A stretch of 64,000 nt of DNA from Macrostomum hystrix (Eukaryota > Animalia > Platyhelminthes), in contig CATNEN010000038.1 in the NCBI GenBank assembly GCA_950097015.1, forward strand, positions 16,120,001 to 16,184,000, written 5' to 3'. Position numbers and translations under genes: made by a program. The notes beneath the pieces are model-generated. The model was not told the DNA's origin and ran no database searches. It worked only from the letters and a program-made list of their open reading frames with translations. Shown here one piece after another: positions 37,696-49,965 of this stretch (its first letter is position 1; each line of letters opens with the position of its first letter).

Positions 37696-39047
37696 GCCTT
37701 ATTCTAAAAAAAGTTTTTGTACGAGTTTTTACTTTACTTACATAATGACCATTTTAAAGAAAAACAAGGCTTATTCTCTAAAAGTGATTAGCATCTATCT
37801 GTTGCTGTAACTGGAAGTTAGCAGGCAGAAAAATCTTGTTATTTGACAATCTTGCAGTTCCCCATACTCTAAATGTCCAGACAAAACATAATGTTCTTGT
37901 TTCAGCATAAAATGAAACTGCGTAAGTACATTGACATCATTGAAGTTGGTCTTTCCTTAGGCTAGATAAGGAAACTATGCTTTCGACAGTGCCAGTGCAT
38001 CTGTGAAACAATGTTGCTATTTATCTGTTGCTTATGGACTTTGATATAAGCATCAATGTTGTAGCCACGGTAAATAGACAACTTATTCCTATTACAAAAA
38101 ATTCTCAAAAATACCAAGACTCTAAAACTTGCTAATGCACAAGTAAATGGTTGCACTTCAACAATTATCACATGACAGGATAATAAGAGGCACTTGATTT
38201 CATGCTATTTGCACAGAACTATTATAATTTATATTTCTTTTCTTAATAAAGGATTTCTTAGAAAACATTAGGTAAAATTGACATTTTGTTATAATTGTGA
38301 GTTTTTGTTAAAATGAATAAATATGTTTTATACTGCACAAATAAAACTGTTTAAATGTGTCTGCCATTTTGTATTTGTATACAGAATAGTATAAATACAC
38401 TAGAGCCCAGCAAAAGAAAATTAACCTTGTTCAACCTTGTTTCATACAAACTTTGTATACAATACTCAGAAATGTTCTTTCATTCTTTATAAACATACAG
38501 AGACAAATACTAAGAGAATTCAAGAAAGAGAAGTAGAAAGTATTGCTATACACTTAAGATCATTGGTAATGCTCTTTGGAAAGCCTATGCTCAGAAATGT
38601 ATTTACAATAAAATAATTTGAGCGATTACATATAGAAGCACCAATTTAGCTTTTTTTGTTTTTCTGTAACAAATTGACGAAAACTGATCGAAAGACCCAT
38701 ATATTTTTAAATGAGGCATATTCTCACAAAGTGTAAATCCACGCAAAATGTAAATCCGCATTTAATAAATATAAAAGGCACAAAGTACGTGTAAAGGCAT
38801 ACTGTAAATGGCATGGTGTCTAGGTCGTACAGACTGTTTAAAAATTTAAAAATGATAAAAAATACCGAGGACTGTCGTACTTGAAATACTTGTCGTACGT
38901 CACTTGAAAAAAACTTTGAAACGGTGCATCGAAAGTATCGGAATTATAGCTAGCTAGTTGTTTCGTAGAAATTTAAATAAAAACAAAACGTATCAATATA
39001 AATACAAAAATATGCTTAAAACTTGCATGTACTATTTATTTTGATAC

Positions 39048-39699
39048 TGTGACGTTGTCACTTGTGAATTGTAACTTATGAATCTTAACTTATGTACTAA
39101 CTAGGGCCGTTTAACTATAATGTCATTTCGCTATCACCAGTTTTTGCAGTTCATATAATTAGTTCTAATTCTTAGAGTGTTACTGTAAGTAGACGTTAAT
39201 GTACTCGTACATCGCGCTGCCCCAGCTTGTTTTCTGCTATAGTGTCTCAGTATGATCTACCCCTGACCAGTGGGCTTGCACGCTCATTGGCTGGGGCCAA
39301 ATTCTAGATTTATCGATCGCCCTGTTTTGCAGTTTACCTAGTTTAGTTAACTAAGGGCTTTAGGCCGCTCGCGCACCACTTGTCTGGTCTTGTCTCGCTT
39401 CTCCTCGCTCTCTCCCCGGTATCGCGCTGTTCCACTGCTGTTACTGTTTACTCGGCCACTCTCACTATTACTTTCCACTGTTATTGCCACTGCGTCATCC
39501 ACTGTCGTCATTCATCGAACTATTGAGCTCCTGCACCTTAACTTACCTTTACTTAACCATACCGCTTAATTCTTGTACGTCCCAGTGATAATAAACAAAG
39601 ATAAAAAGTGCTACCGCTACACTCTATTACTACACTGTTTGAACAAACTGGAATTGTCGAGCTGCCGTTCTCCGGACTTAGTCATTCAATAACGTCACA
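39048..39699 (+). mobile_element. Probable solo LTR (652 bp)
   Basis: TG...CA ends with a 9-bp inverted repeat TGTGACGTT / AACGTCACA; AATAAA near 39590; no PBS. The TSD is imperfect (GATAC vs ATTAC). Confidence 0.55.
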
Positions 39700-39755
39700 A
39701 TTACCTTAAATTAAATATAATGAAAGAAAATTTATTTCTGAACACTATCGAAAAT

Positions 39756-39812
39756 GGTCGTTTCGTCTGCCAAAATACTACGGCAGACGAAAGGGCGGCA
39801 GACGAAACGACC
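39756..39812. repeat. 16-bp perfect inverted repeat (collapsed MITE)
   Basis: GGTCGTTTCGTCTGCC ... GGCAGACGAAACGACC, with an extra internal GGCAGACGAAA. Confidence 0.7.
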
Positions 39813-40917
39813 GTATGCACCCCTTACTACAGGTACTGCAGGTTCTGGAAAACATGTATATGGCCAGTTGTATATAGTACATGAAAATTGCTACACAGTT
39901 CCTGTAAAATGTGTGTGCTTTAAGTTCTTAAAGTTATCGGCAAAACAAGCTGCTGTGTGGATATAGGCAGAGAATTATCGGCACGGAACCGTGTGGATAA
40001 AATTGAAATTAACGACACGGCATACATAAAGAGTTGTAGACCTATTCATACAAGCTGCCGTGTGCAGGATGATGGTGCATTAGAAATCATGAGCTATAAG
40101 GGATATTCGTTTTTTTCTTTATAAGCATTATTTAATTGAAGAAGAAATGCTATAACAGGAAAGTATTGTCTTCCTGTTACCTTCTGCCACAGCAACAGAG
40201 AGATAAACGCTCCACGGGCCAGAGGCCCGTTTCTGTGTGGACTCCGGAGAGTCCGGAGTAGTCACATGAAAAGCGGCAGCGATGCTCTGCCTCTCGCTTC
40301 CAGTGTATTTAAATTCAAGCAGCGCGCACAACAGAGGCAGAATGGGGAGAGAGGGAGAAACGCTGCATGGGAGATTGCTAACACAGGGGCAGCTGTTTCT
40401 TTATCCCACACGCACACGCTCCCCAGCGAACGCTCGCCGAACTTCTTCCTCCCATTCCTGGGCCGTATCGATCCACGGACGCCTCGTCGTGTACGCGAAT
40501 CATGTGAGCCATGCAAATGCAATGTTCTGAAACGTATTTGCAAGGCTTACAAATGCATTATAATGCTGCACGTTAAATTTAACATTCTCAGAGATAATTC
40601 AACCAAACTGGCAATGATGGATGACTGCTGATATATATTTATTAGCATGGATAGGACTTGGTACATTAAAACATATTTATAATGTTAGAATATCATGTTA
40701 TGACAGAATTATGGACAAATTTACCAAAATCATTTATATAGGGCCTAGCTTTAATCTGCATGAAGTGGATAAAATTATTTGATACTCGTAAAATGTCACT
40801 ATAAATTGCGATCTTTAGAAATAAAAAATGGACGCATTTCCGATTTAGCGGGTCACATGCATACCTGATGCATTTAAGTGCGTAGGTATGACAGCGGGGT
40901 CAAACCGATGTATTCTC

Positions 40918-41280
40918 GATGGTTACAGTATTGTAGTGATGGTTACAGTATTGTAGTGATGGGTGCAGTATTGTAGTGATGGGTGCAGTATTGTAGTGAT
41001 GGGTGCAGTATTGTAGTGATGGGTGCAGTATTGTAGTGATGGGTGCAGTATTGTAGTGATGGGTGCAGTATTGTAGTGATGGGTGCAGTATTGTAGTGAT
41101 GGGTGCAGTATTGTAGTGATGGGTGCAGTATTGTAGTGATGGTTACCAGTATTGTAGTGATGGGTGCAGTATTGTAGTGATGGGTGCAGTATTGTAGTGA
41201 TGGGTGCAGTATTGTAGTGATGGTTACAGTATTGAAGGGCTGGTTGCAGTATTGTAGGGCTGGTTGCAGTATTGTAGGGT
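40918..41280. repeat. 20-bp minisatellite
   Basis: GGGTGCAGTATTGTAGTGAT. Confidence 0.95.
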
Positions 41281-42175
41281 TTGGCGCAGACAAAGGCCGA
41301 AATTTGGCAGTGAAAACAACGTTCCGACTTTGGCCCTGATTAGGCGTAAATCTATATATTCTGGGCCGGGCGAGACACCCACCTCAGCCCGCTCACTTGG
41401 ACCTGGCAGCCAGGTGTACATAGCCAGGTGTACATTGCCAGGTTTACATAGCCAGGTGTACATTCAGTGATACGAGATAATAGTAAACAACGGCTTATAC
41501 GCGGCGCACTACAGTTGCTATTGATAATCAGTAGGTGCTGTTAAGTAAGTTTGCTTACATTTTTGCTTGGTACAGTTGAGTAGGGGTGAGCGCTTTGAAT
41601 AAATTTGAATAGGGAAAACTGCACAAAAAATCTTATTTGCGCTACAGTCAGTAGAGTTTTGTAGATTGTCGAGCAGGTGATGGTAGAGGTGACTTTTGTA
41701 TAAGGTGGGTTTCATCGTCCGTTCCGTTTTTAATTTCTGCATTTGATGAGGAGTGGCCCATTTAACTCATGCTTCTGGTTAGAGTGTATTTTAATTTTTA
41801 ATATATTTATTAAGTATTACATAAGAACAGTAATTAGAACAGTTTATGACGCATTTTTGTATGCTTGAATGGCAGTCAGTCTGGGTGCAAAAAGCTGAGA
41901 AAATTCAGACAGAATCGTCTAAGGAAACTGGGCTTCTACGAGCTATGATATGATAAGAACATTTTTGGGACTGTCTGCCCAGCTAATGTAATAAATTGGC
42001 TGAGGTGACAACCAGATTGACATATTTGAGTCTTGAACATATTCTGCATGAATAATTGATCAGCCACTAGTGAGAGCAAAAACTAATGAACGAACAGTTT
42101 ATTTTATTATTTATTGATTATGATAAATTAATTCACAGAATATGAAATTCAAATTCATCTACTCGAGCTTAATAA

Positions 42176-45100
42176 TCAGAATTGCAAAGCTATGCAAGAA
42201 TTTCGAGCTCTAAAATCACTAAAAAATGTGCAGTTGTGATGAATCTCTGGCTGATCACGACAAATATCGCCCACAGCAACAATCTCAATGTAGTCAGTGC
42301 AGCAGTCGCTGTCTGTGTCCTGCCCCTCCACAGCAGCACCAGCAGCAGCAGTCGCTGGTATGCTAACAATCAAGTAGCAGCACTCGGACTCGAAGCCGTT
42401 AGTTTTCTGAAATCAGAGCAGCCTTGAGCACTCATTCAGCTTCGTAAATAAAACGGAAACACTATACTGACAAGTAGCCATTGTAGCCAAGTAGCCATAG
42501 CCAAGTAGCCATTGTAGCCAAGTAGCCATAGTAGCCAAGTAGCCATTGTAGCCAAGCAGCCATTGTAACCAAGTAGCCACTGTAGCCAAGTAGCCACTGT
42601 AGCCAAGTAGCCACTGTAGCCAAGTAGCCACTGTAGCCAAGTAGCCACTGTAGCCAAGTAGCCATTTTAGCCAAGTAGCCACTGTAGCCAAGTAGCCATT
42701 TTAGCCAAGTAGCCATTTTAGCCAAGTAGCCACTGTAGCCAAGTAGCCACTGTAGCCAAGTAGCCACTGTAGCCAAGTAGCCACTGTAGCCAAGTAGCCA
42801 CTGTAGCCAAGTAGCCATTTTAGCCAAGTAGCCACTGTAGCCAAGTAGCCATTTTAGCCAAGTAGCCACTGTAGCCAAGTAGCCACTGTAGCCAAGTAGC
42901 CATTTTAGCCAAGTAGCCACTGTAGCCAAGTAGCCACTGTAGCCAAGTAGCCACTGTAGAAAAGTAGACATTGTAGCCAAGTAGCCACTGTAGAAAAGTA
43001 GACATTGTAGCCAAGTAGCCATTGTAGCCAAGTAGCCATTGTAGCCAAGTAGCCATTGTAACCAAGTAGCCATTGTAGCCAAGTAGCCACTGTAGCCAAG
43101 TAGCCATTGTAACCAAGTAGCCATTGTAGCCAAGTAGCCATTGTAGCCAAGTAGCCATTGTAGCCAAGTAGCCATTGTAGCCAAGTAGCCATTGATGCCG
43201 AGTAGCCATTGTAGCCAAGTAGCCACTGTAGCCAAGTAGCCATTGTAGCCGAGTAACCACTGTAGCCAAGTAGCCACTTTAGCCTTGTAGCCATTGTAGC
43301 CAAAGTAGCCACAAGTAGCCACTGTAGCCAAGTAGCCATTGTAGCCAAGTAGCCATTGTAGCCAAGTAGCCATTGTAGCCAAGTAGCCATTGATGCCGAG
43401 TAGCCATTGTAGCCAAGTAGCCACTGTAGCCAAGTAGCCATTGTAGCCGAGTAACCACTGTAGCCAAGTAGCCACTTTAGCCTTGTAGCCATTGTAGCCA
43501 AAGTAGCCACAAGTAGCCACTGTAGCCTAGTAGCCATTGTAGCCAAGTAGCCACTGTAGCCAAGTAGCCATTGTAGCCAAGTAGCCATTGTAGCCAAGTA
43601 GCCATCGAGATTAATGGTTAAGCAACGTAGCATTTCTCGGACAGGACTGTCCCTGTTTGCTCGCTGAAGTCTAAGTGACTCGTTGACTCACCTAATTAGC
43701 AGGATGAGACACCTCAGGTGACACTTTAGATTCCTCCTGAATGCCTGAGCTTAGGTTGAGCCCGGCTGCTGAAGGCTCAGTTGACGGCGCTCGGAGCTGC
43801 AATGGAAAGGTTCAGAGCCGTCAGCTGCTGAAGGGCACGATCGCCACATTTTCCTGCACTGACCTTCGAGAAGAGCAGAAAGCATGCAGCGCAGACGAAT
43901 GACACAACAATGAAAACGATGGTGGCTGAGACAGCAATCGTGAAAGTCGTGAGCCCAGCCCCAGGGCAGACGAGTCGAGCCGTGGTGTAAACAGGTGAGC
44001 CGAAAGTCATGTTCTCAGGGAGGTTCTGTGCCGCACTGCAGTTGACAAAGACTTCGCTCCTGCTCTTGTCATGCTCAACACCGCTGTCGAGCGACCACGT
44101 GCTAATGAGGCCCCTGTTGTCTGACACCTGCTGTTTCATATAGTACAGTGTGTTGTGCCCAAGTCTTTCAAGAATCATACGGAATGCAACTCACCTGTGG
44201 AAGCAGAGAGACATGTTCTGTAGCTAAGTAGCCATTGTGGCCAAGTAGCCTTTGTAGCCAAGTAGCCATTGAAGCCAAGTAGCCATTGTAGGCAAGTAGC
44301 CATTGTTTCATTTGAGAGACCTTTTTTCCCTTGAGTTCGCCAGCTTGAAAGTTGCACGTGTGCTCAGGCTCAGGGTGAGAAGCAGATGATCTAAACTGTA
44401 CCGTTATTCTTGCCATGCTTTTGCAGCTTTCCAGGAATTTTATCGATAGACTCGATGGCGGGTCTGGCGGGAATATTGAGGTGCTTTCAAAAATTGCTGC
44501 TGAAGTATTTGTTATGAGGAGCAAATATTAGAAAAATTCTGGATGCTCACTCACAGAGCACGGTGACTGAGGTCTGCTTGCTGACAGAGCCAAGTCTACA
44601 AGAGTACTTTCCAGAATGCTCAGGAAATGCTCGAGCCACTGCAATCTTGTGATCTTCAATGCAGGTACCGTTCGGAAGGCAGAGCTGGAGTCCGCTTGAG
44701 TTTGAGCACAGCATTGAGCTGTTGCAGTGCAGCTCGCAGCTCACAGCGAAACTCGAGTTGACGGCCACAAACTGATCCGCGGAGGCCGCTGAAAACAATA
44801 TTTTGACCAGCTTGTATGATAAACAGATAAACAAATAGCGATCGAATGCACTTTATGTGACTGAAGTCTCTGTGACGAGTAAATGGTACGGATGCACTCA
44901 AAGGCATTGGAATCTAGTATCTATTATCGTTGATGTGGAGCGAGTTTATCAACGAGTTCATGAGTTCCATGAGTCATAGTTGATGTTCAAATTGGCTATT
45001 GGCGTTTCAATTGACTTGGCTTTTTGCCAGCATGCCCGAGGGCATTGTGTCAGTTGAGGTTTTGTGCTGTGGTCATTGTGTCAGTTGAGGTTTTGTGCTG

Positions 45101-48100
45101 TGGTCATTGTGTCAGTTGAGGTTTTGTGCTGTGGTCATTGTGTCAGTTGAGGTATTGTGCTGTGGTCATTGTGTCAGTTGAGGTTTTTTGATGTGGTCAT
45201 TGTGTCAGTTGAGGTTTGGTGCTGTGGTCATTGTGTCAGTTGAGGTTTTGTGCTGTGGTCATTGTGTCAGTTGAGGTTTGGTGCTGTGGTCATTGTGTCA
45301 GTTGAGGTTTGGTGCTGTGGTCATTGTGTCAGTTGAGGTTTGGTGCTGTGGTCATTGTGTCAGTTGAGGTTTTGTGCTGTGGTCATTGTGTCACAAGTGT
45401 CACTCTTTCAGCGCAATCGACATCACGAAGCACCCTCTTGGTGTCCCTGTTTCGTGGATTGAGGAGAATCGTAAGCAGTGCTCCAATGCAATCGCAGGTG
45501 CAGTTCTTCTAAATAAGCTGCTCTGCATCCATGGTGCCATTGTTGAGAGCAAACCGAGAAGCTTCTCTTGCTGGGCTGCAATTCTCTGCCGAGGTTTTTG
45601 GGAGCTTCTGCACAATGCTCGTCTGTTTCCAAAATCAAGATTACAGCAGCGTAATTTACTTTTGATCTATTTAAAGTTGCATTGTAGCTCACTAATCAGT
45701 CCTTTTTTATTTTCGTGCTTTTACACTCTTGACACCTTTGCTTGTACTATTGAATATGATTATTTTTCTATAATTCATTATTGTGTTTGCATTCAGCTGT
45801 CGGCCTTCGTCATTGGATGAATTTCCCCTGACCAGTTTCTGCTTTATGGTTTTCATTGTTTCACTAATAGGTCCAAGCGACGATTTCAAGCGATTTGTCC
45901 GAGCTACGATATGAAGCGACAATTTGAAGCGCAAAAATGTCTCGCTTTCAGGCCCTTATTATTCTTTAAAAGTTATAAACAAAGTAGAAAATCTGCTCAC
46001 AGAGCACGGCAACTGAGATCTGCTTGCTGACAGAGCCAAGTCTGCAAGAGTACATTCCAGAGTGATGAGGCAGAGCTTGAGCCACTGCTGTCTCGTGTTC
46101 TGCTAAGCAGGTACCGTTCGGAAGGCAGAGCTGGAGCCCGCTTGAGTTTGAGCACAGCATTGAGCTGTTGCAGTGCAGCTCGCAGCTCACAGCGAAACTC
46201 GAGTTGACGGCCACAAACTGATCCGCGGAGGCCGCTGAAAACAATATTTTGACTGCAGCTTGTATCATAAACAGATAAACAAATAGCGATCGAATGCACT
46301 TTAAGTGACTGAAGTCTCTGTGACGAGGTAAAGGCAGGATAGGAATCAAGTATTGATTTTCGTTGATGAGGACCTAATTTCTCAACGAGTTCATGAATTC
46401 CATTAATCAGAATGATCGTTGAATTGGCTATTGGCGTTTTAATTAACTTTGGGTTTTTGCTACCCTGTCTGTTTTGCTGTCTGCTTACCTTGGATTCTTC
46501 AGTCAGTTCTGACTTCGCTTGAATTCTATCTAATTCTCTACATTTTCAGCCTTCTGATTGGTCCGCCTCTCACTTTCTAGCCTCCTCTCTTACACTCAGT
46601 CGCGCACTCTCTTGTTATCGCCACGCCAACCCCCTCCAGTCTGTCCAACTTAACCATGCGCATATTCGAGTCGTGTATAGCCAAGGGCACAGCGCCCTGT
46701 CACTTTCGCTTCTCTTCTCTTCATTAGCTACCCGCAGGCCAGCTTAAAAAATTATTACTTCTCTTAATCTCTTGACACTCCTTCCAAGCCATTCGGAAAA
46801 TAACTGGAGCAATTCTCAATTATTCATTTTGTGTTTAAATTGGCTTTCGGCTTTTATATGAGGCACGTACTTTAACCAATTTCCCCAGGCTCACTTCTGC
46901 ATTGTGCTATTTTTTACCGTTTGACTAATTTGTCCGAGCTACGATTTGAAGCGCAAAAATGTCCCGCTTTCAGGCCCTTATTATTATAAAGTAGAAAATC
47001 TGCTCACAGAGCACGGCGACTGAGATCTGCTTGCGGACAGAGCCAAGTCTGCAAGAGTACTTTCCAGAATGCTCAGGAAGTGCTCGAGCCACTGCAGTCT
47101 TGTGATCTGCAATGCAGGTACCGTTCGGAAGGCAGAGCTGGAGCCCGCTTGAGTTTGAGCACAGCATTGAGCTGTTGCAGTGCAGCTCGCAGCTCACAGA
47201 GAACCTCGACTTGAGAGCCACCACCTGATCTACCGACGTCGCTGGAATAGAAGTTACCATTGACATTTAAAACTCAATTTGTGCACTCCCTGCTTGAAAA
47301 ATTACTTTAAAAGTGAACTCACTCAGCACACTGACAGTGGATGTATCTGCAACCGATCCGAATCTGCACCTGTAGTCACCTGAGTGCTCAGGCTGAGCAC
47401 TTCCAATGTGCAGCTCATGGCCATTTATGCAGCTGCCGTTGGGAGAGCACAGCTGCAGCTCGCTTGAGCTCGAGTTGAGTTCTGCTCCATCGCAGTCCAG
47501 CCAGCAGCTCACACTGAACTTTGAGCTCTGAGGCACCAGCTGAGGCGCTGAGGATTCTGGAGATTTACAAATCATCCAATCGACATTGCTAAATCAAGGA
47601 AATTTATGAATTTCCCTTCCACAACAATAGGCCCATAGTAAAAGACCCGAACTCACTCAGCTGCACAGTCTGAAGCCTGAGATCTGCGAAGCTCATGTAT
47701 TCCATATTACGTGATAACAGTATATTATATCCGATCGTTACGGACATTCTTCGCAGCAGCAAGTGTCTCACCTGGAGTTCAGATGAAATCTCAGTGGGAT
47801 CCAGAACTCATCAGAGCACAACTCAAGGCACAGAGCAGGTCTCACCTCCGCTAAGCAGTTCACGGTGAAGTTCTCACCAGCCTCGATACGCGCCTGCTTG
47901 CTCACCGTCAGGCCGCACCATCTCCAGAGCTGCTTAGACTCACTGAACTGGCTGTTCATGTTTCTTGAGCTGCAGTGATCACCTGAGAACAGCTGACTGC
48001 TGCTGCTCGATGTCCAGATCTCGATGTCTTTGGCTCTCAGGTAGACATGTGTAGCGCCATCTAAAAGTGAGTAGTTCACGACTAAGCAGTGGAAGCTGAT

Positions 48101-48432
48101 GTGCATGGAAAAAAATTGAGCAGTGACTCACCCTCTCTGCCCTTTACAGTAACTGATCTGATGAGCACTGACTCATTCAGCTGCACTGCGAACCAATGCC
48201 ATCCTCCGTCTGCTTGGCTTATGTCTTTGCTGTGGACGAACGCGTAGCTGGGGGTAGAATTCATTACCGTCTTTTCCTCTTCCGCGTAGCTTCTGTTGTT
48301 GAAGCAAGACGCTACTCCATAGATCACCTCGAAGGACGACTGCCAGGAGTTAAGCACTCGGCTCCTGCGAATTGGCAACTCACAGGCTGCAGTTGCCATG
48401 GAAACTTGCAGTGCCAGGATCAGTAGAAGCAT
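42176..48432 (-). CDS. Receptor-like gene (possibly a young pseudogene): signal peptide, F5/8C- or fucolectin-like domain, 4 Ig-like domains, FN3-like domain, TM, tail. Exons 48432-48132, 48060-47846, 47771-47657, 47556-47323, 47241-47008, 46234-46001, 44788-44555, 44499-about 44320, 44194-43864, 43796-43692, 42406-42176
   Basis: MLLLILALQVSMATAA signal; WFAVQL..IRSVTVKGRED..IEIW; four 234-nt phase-1 exons with VSC..HSGxYxC; PPDPP..LERLGHNTLY; TM IAVSATIVFIVVSFVCAACFLLF. Exons 1-8 splice in frame. There is a frameshift near 44180 and a TAG at 43694-43692. Confidence 0.75.
42472..43605. repeat. 17-bp minisatellite in the last intron of the receptor gene; short outlier array at about 44218-44305
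   Basis: TAGCCAAGTAGCCA(C/T)TG. Confidence 0.96.
45044..45392. repeat. 31-bp minisatellite
   Basis: CATTGTGTCAGTTGAGGTTTTGTGCTGTGGT. Confidence 0.95.
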
Positions 48433-49264
48433 GGCCTTGGCCAGTTTGAGAATTTCAAAATCAGTAAAAATTTGTGCTGCTAAAATCAACCCAGAAATAA
48501 AAGCGGATTCACTATGACGTCCTATTTGAATGAATCGGCACCTGCGATATGATTTGATGATCCAGAGAGTAACACTGTTCACAGCGAATCTAACAAAAGG
48601 CACAACCTGCTTTATTTCGAAGCTTGGACCAAGTTGAGCTGCTGCTAGTTCATTTGTCTGCACTTGTTCTTTCTTGCTCTTTATTTTCCTTGCTCGATAA
48701 TATAGCTTTTTCAATCCTTTTTGGTTCTTTCTGCGTTCAAATTGGTGCGTGGCTGTCAGCAGGATGACGTGGCAGCGGTGTCGGGATGTACCATAGAAGA
48801 CAGAATCAATTCGGTAAAAACTGCAAGCACTTTGGGTCATAAGGGGGAGGCATAGCCGAGATGAAGAATCGCGCTGAGGGGATGATACGCTAAGATTAGT
48901 CTTTTGGACAGAGAGAATTGTGAATGCATTACGTCTCTGGTTGCGACTGAAGGCGCTTGGTCGTATGATGGGAATCGCAAAGCAGTCAGTTCGAAACATC
49001 GTGACTTACGTACGAAGAGACCGGAAGAACGCACACCCTGCCAAAAGGAGGAGTGAGGATACAAAAGATCACGCAAGCTTTGGTGAACAGGTTGATCGAT
49101 TTTTCAGCGACTACACCATTTCTCGTTTAATTTCAAGCAAACGCTCATTCTATTTCAGCAAGCTTGCAATCAAATTCATCAATCTATTTTTGACCAGTCA
49201 GACCAGCATCCAAATTCTGCAACCTTGCATTCGATTTCAACAAGACATTCATTTTCAGCAAAGT

Positions 49265-49420
49265 GCAACTATCAACAAGGGCTCATCCCGAGAGGCTCGC
49301 CTTCTGCGGCTATTACAGACCGTGGCGCTGCTTTGCCTGCGGCAGAATGTGGTTGTCACTGCCTACCACGTGCCGGGCCGTTACCAGCTGTTTGCGGATG
49401 CCGCGTCCCGGCTGCATTGC
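49265..49420 (+). mobile_element. Relic of a DIRS/Ngaro retrotransposon RNase H
   Basis: INKGSSR..LLRLLQ..NVVVTAYHVPGRYQLFADAASR fits the DIRS-type RNase H C-terminus (INKGxSR..HxPGxxNxxADxxSR). Confidence 0.65.
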
Positions 49421-49965
49421 CGCCAGGAGCTGCTTAATTTTTTTGTGGCGCGCCTATGCCACTTGCTGTTATGTTAATAATAAAAATATTTTTTGCTTTC
49501 TTGCAAAAATTACATTTTATATTCTACCTGTTTTATGCCTTTCAAACACAAATCGATTGTACATCGTCTAGGGGTTTTCGCTGCCCCCTGCTCGCTTCGC
49601 TATTTGCCTTTGTCGTTCGGCTTCTTGCTTTTAGGGTAGGGGTGCGCAATAATACGAGTGTATACTCGTAGATTTAGGTTCTTCAGTGATTGGCATTTGC
49701 AATGCATATCTACGTACATGAATGCATCGGTAAAAGACTTTCAAATCTGAGGGAACTCTAGAGAGCTCTATAGGATAAAGTTATGCTAAAAATAGCAACA
49801 ACAGAGAGGGCAAGCAACTGAGAGCAGCTAGAGAGGTTAGATGAGGACACGCCCTGAGCCCACCCATTCATTACAGCGCAAACTCGGCCCGGACCGACAG
49901 CAAAATCGGAACCGGTCCGAACCGGCCCGCGGGGGAATCCGACGGGAGGAGAATCGATCGAAGGC

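Noticed and set aside
37895-37945. Possible box C/D snoRNA upstream of RPL38 (minus strand ATGATG..CGCAGTTTCA..CTGA, 10-nt complement to an 18S-like sequence)
   Set aside because: The C box is imperfect, the guide is not adjacent to the D box, and the element is too short with no terminal stem.
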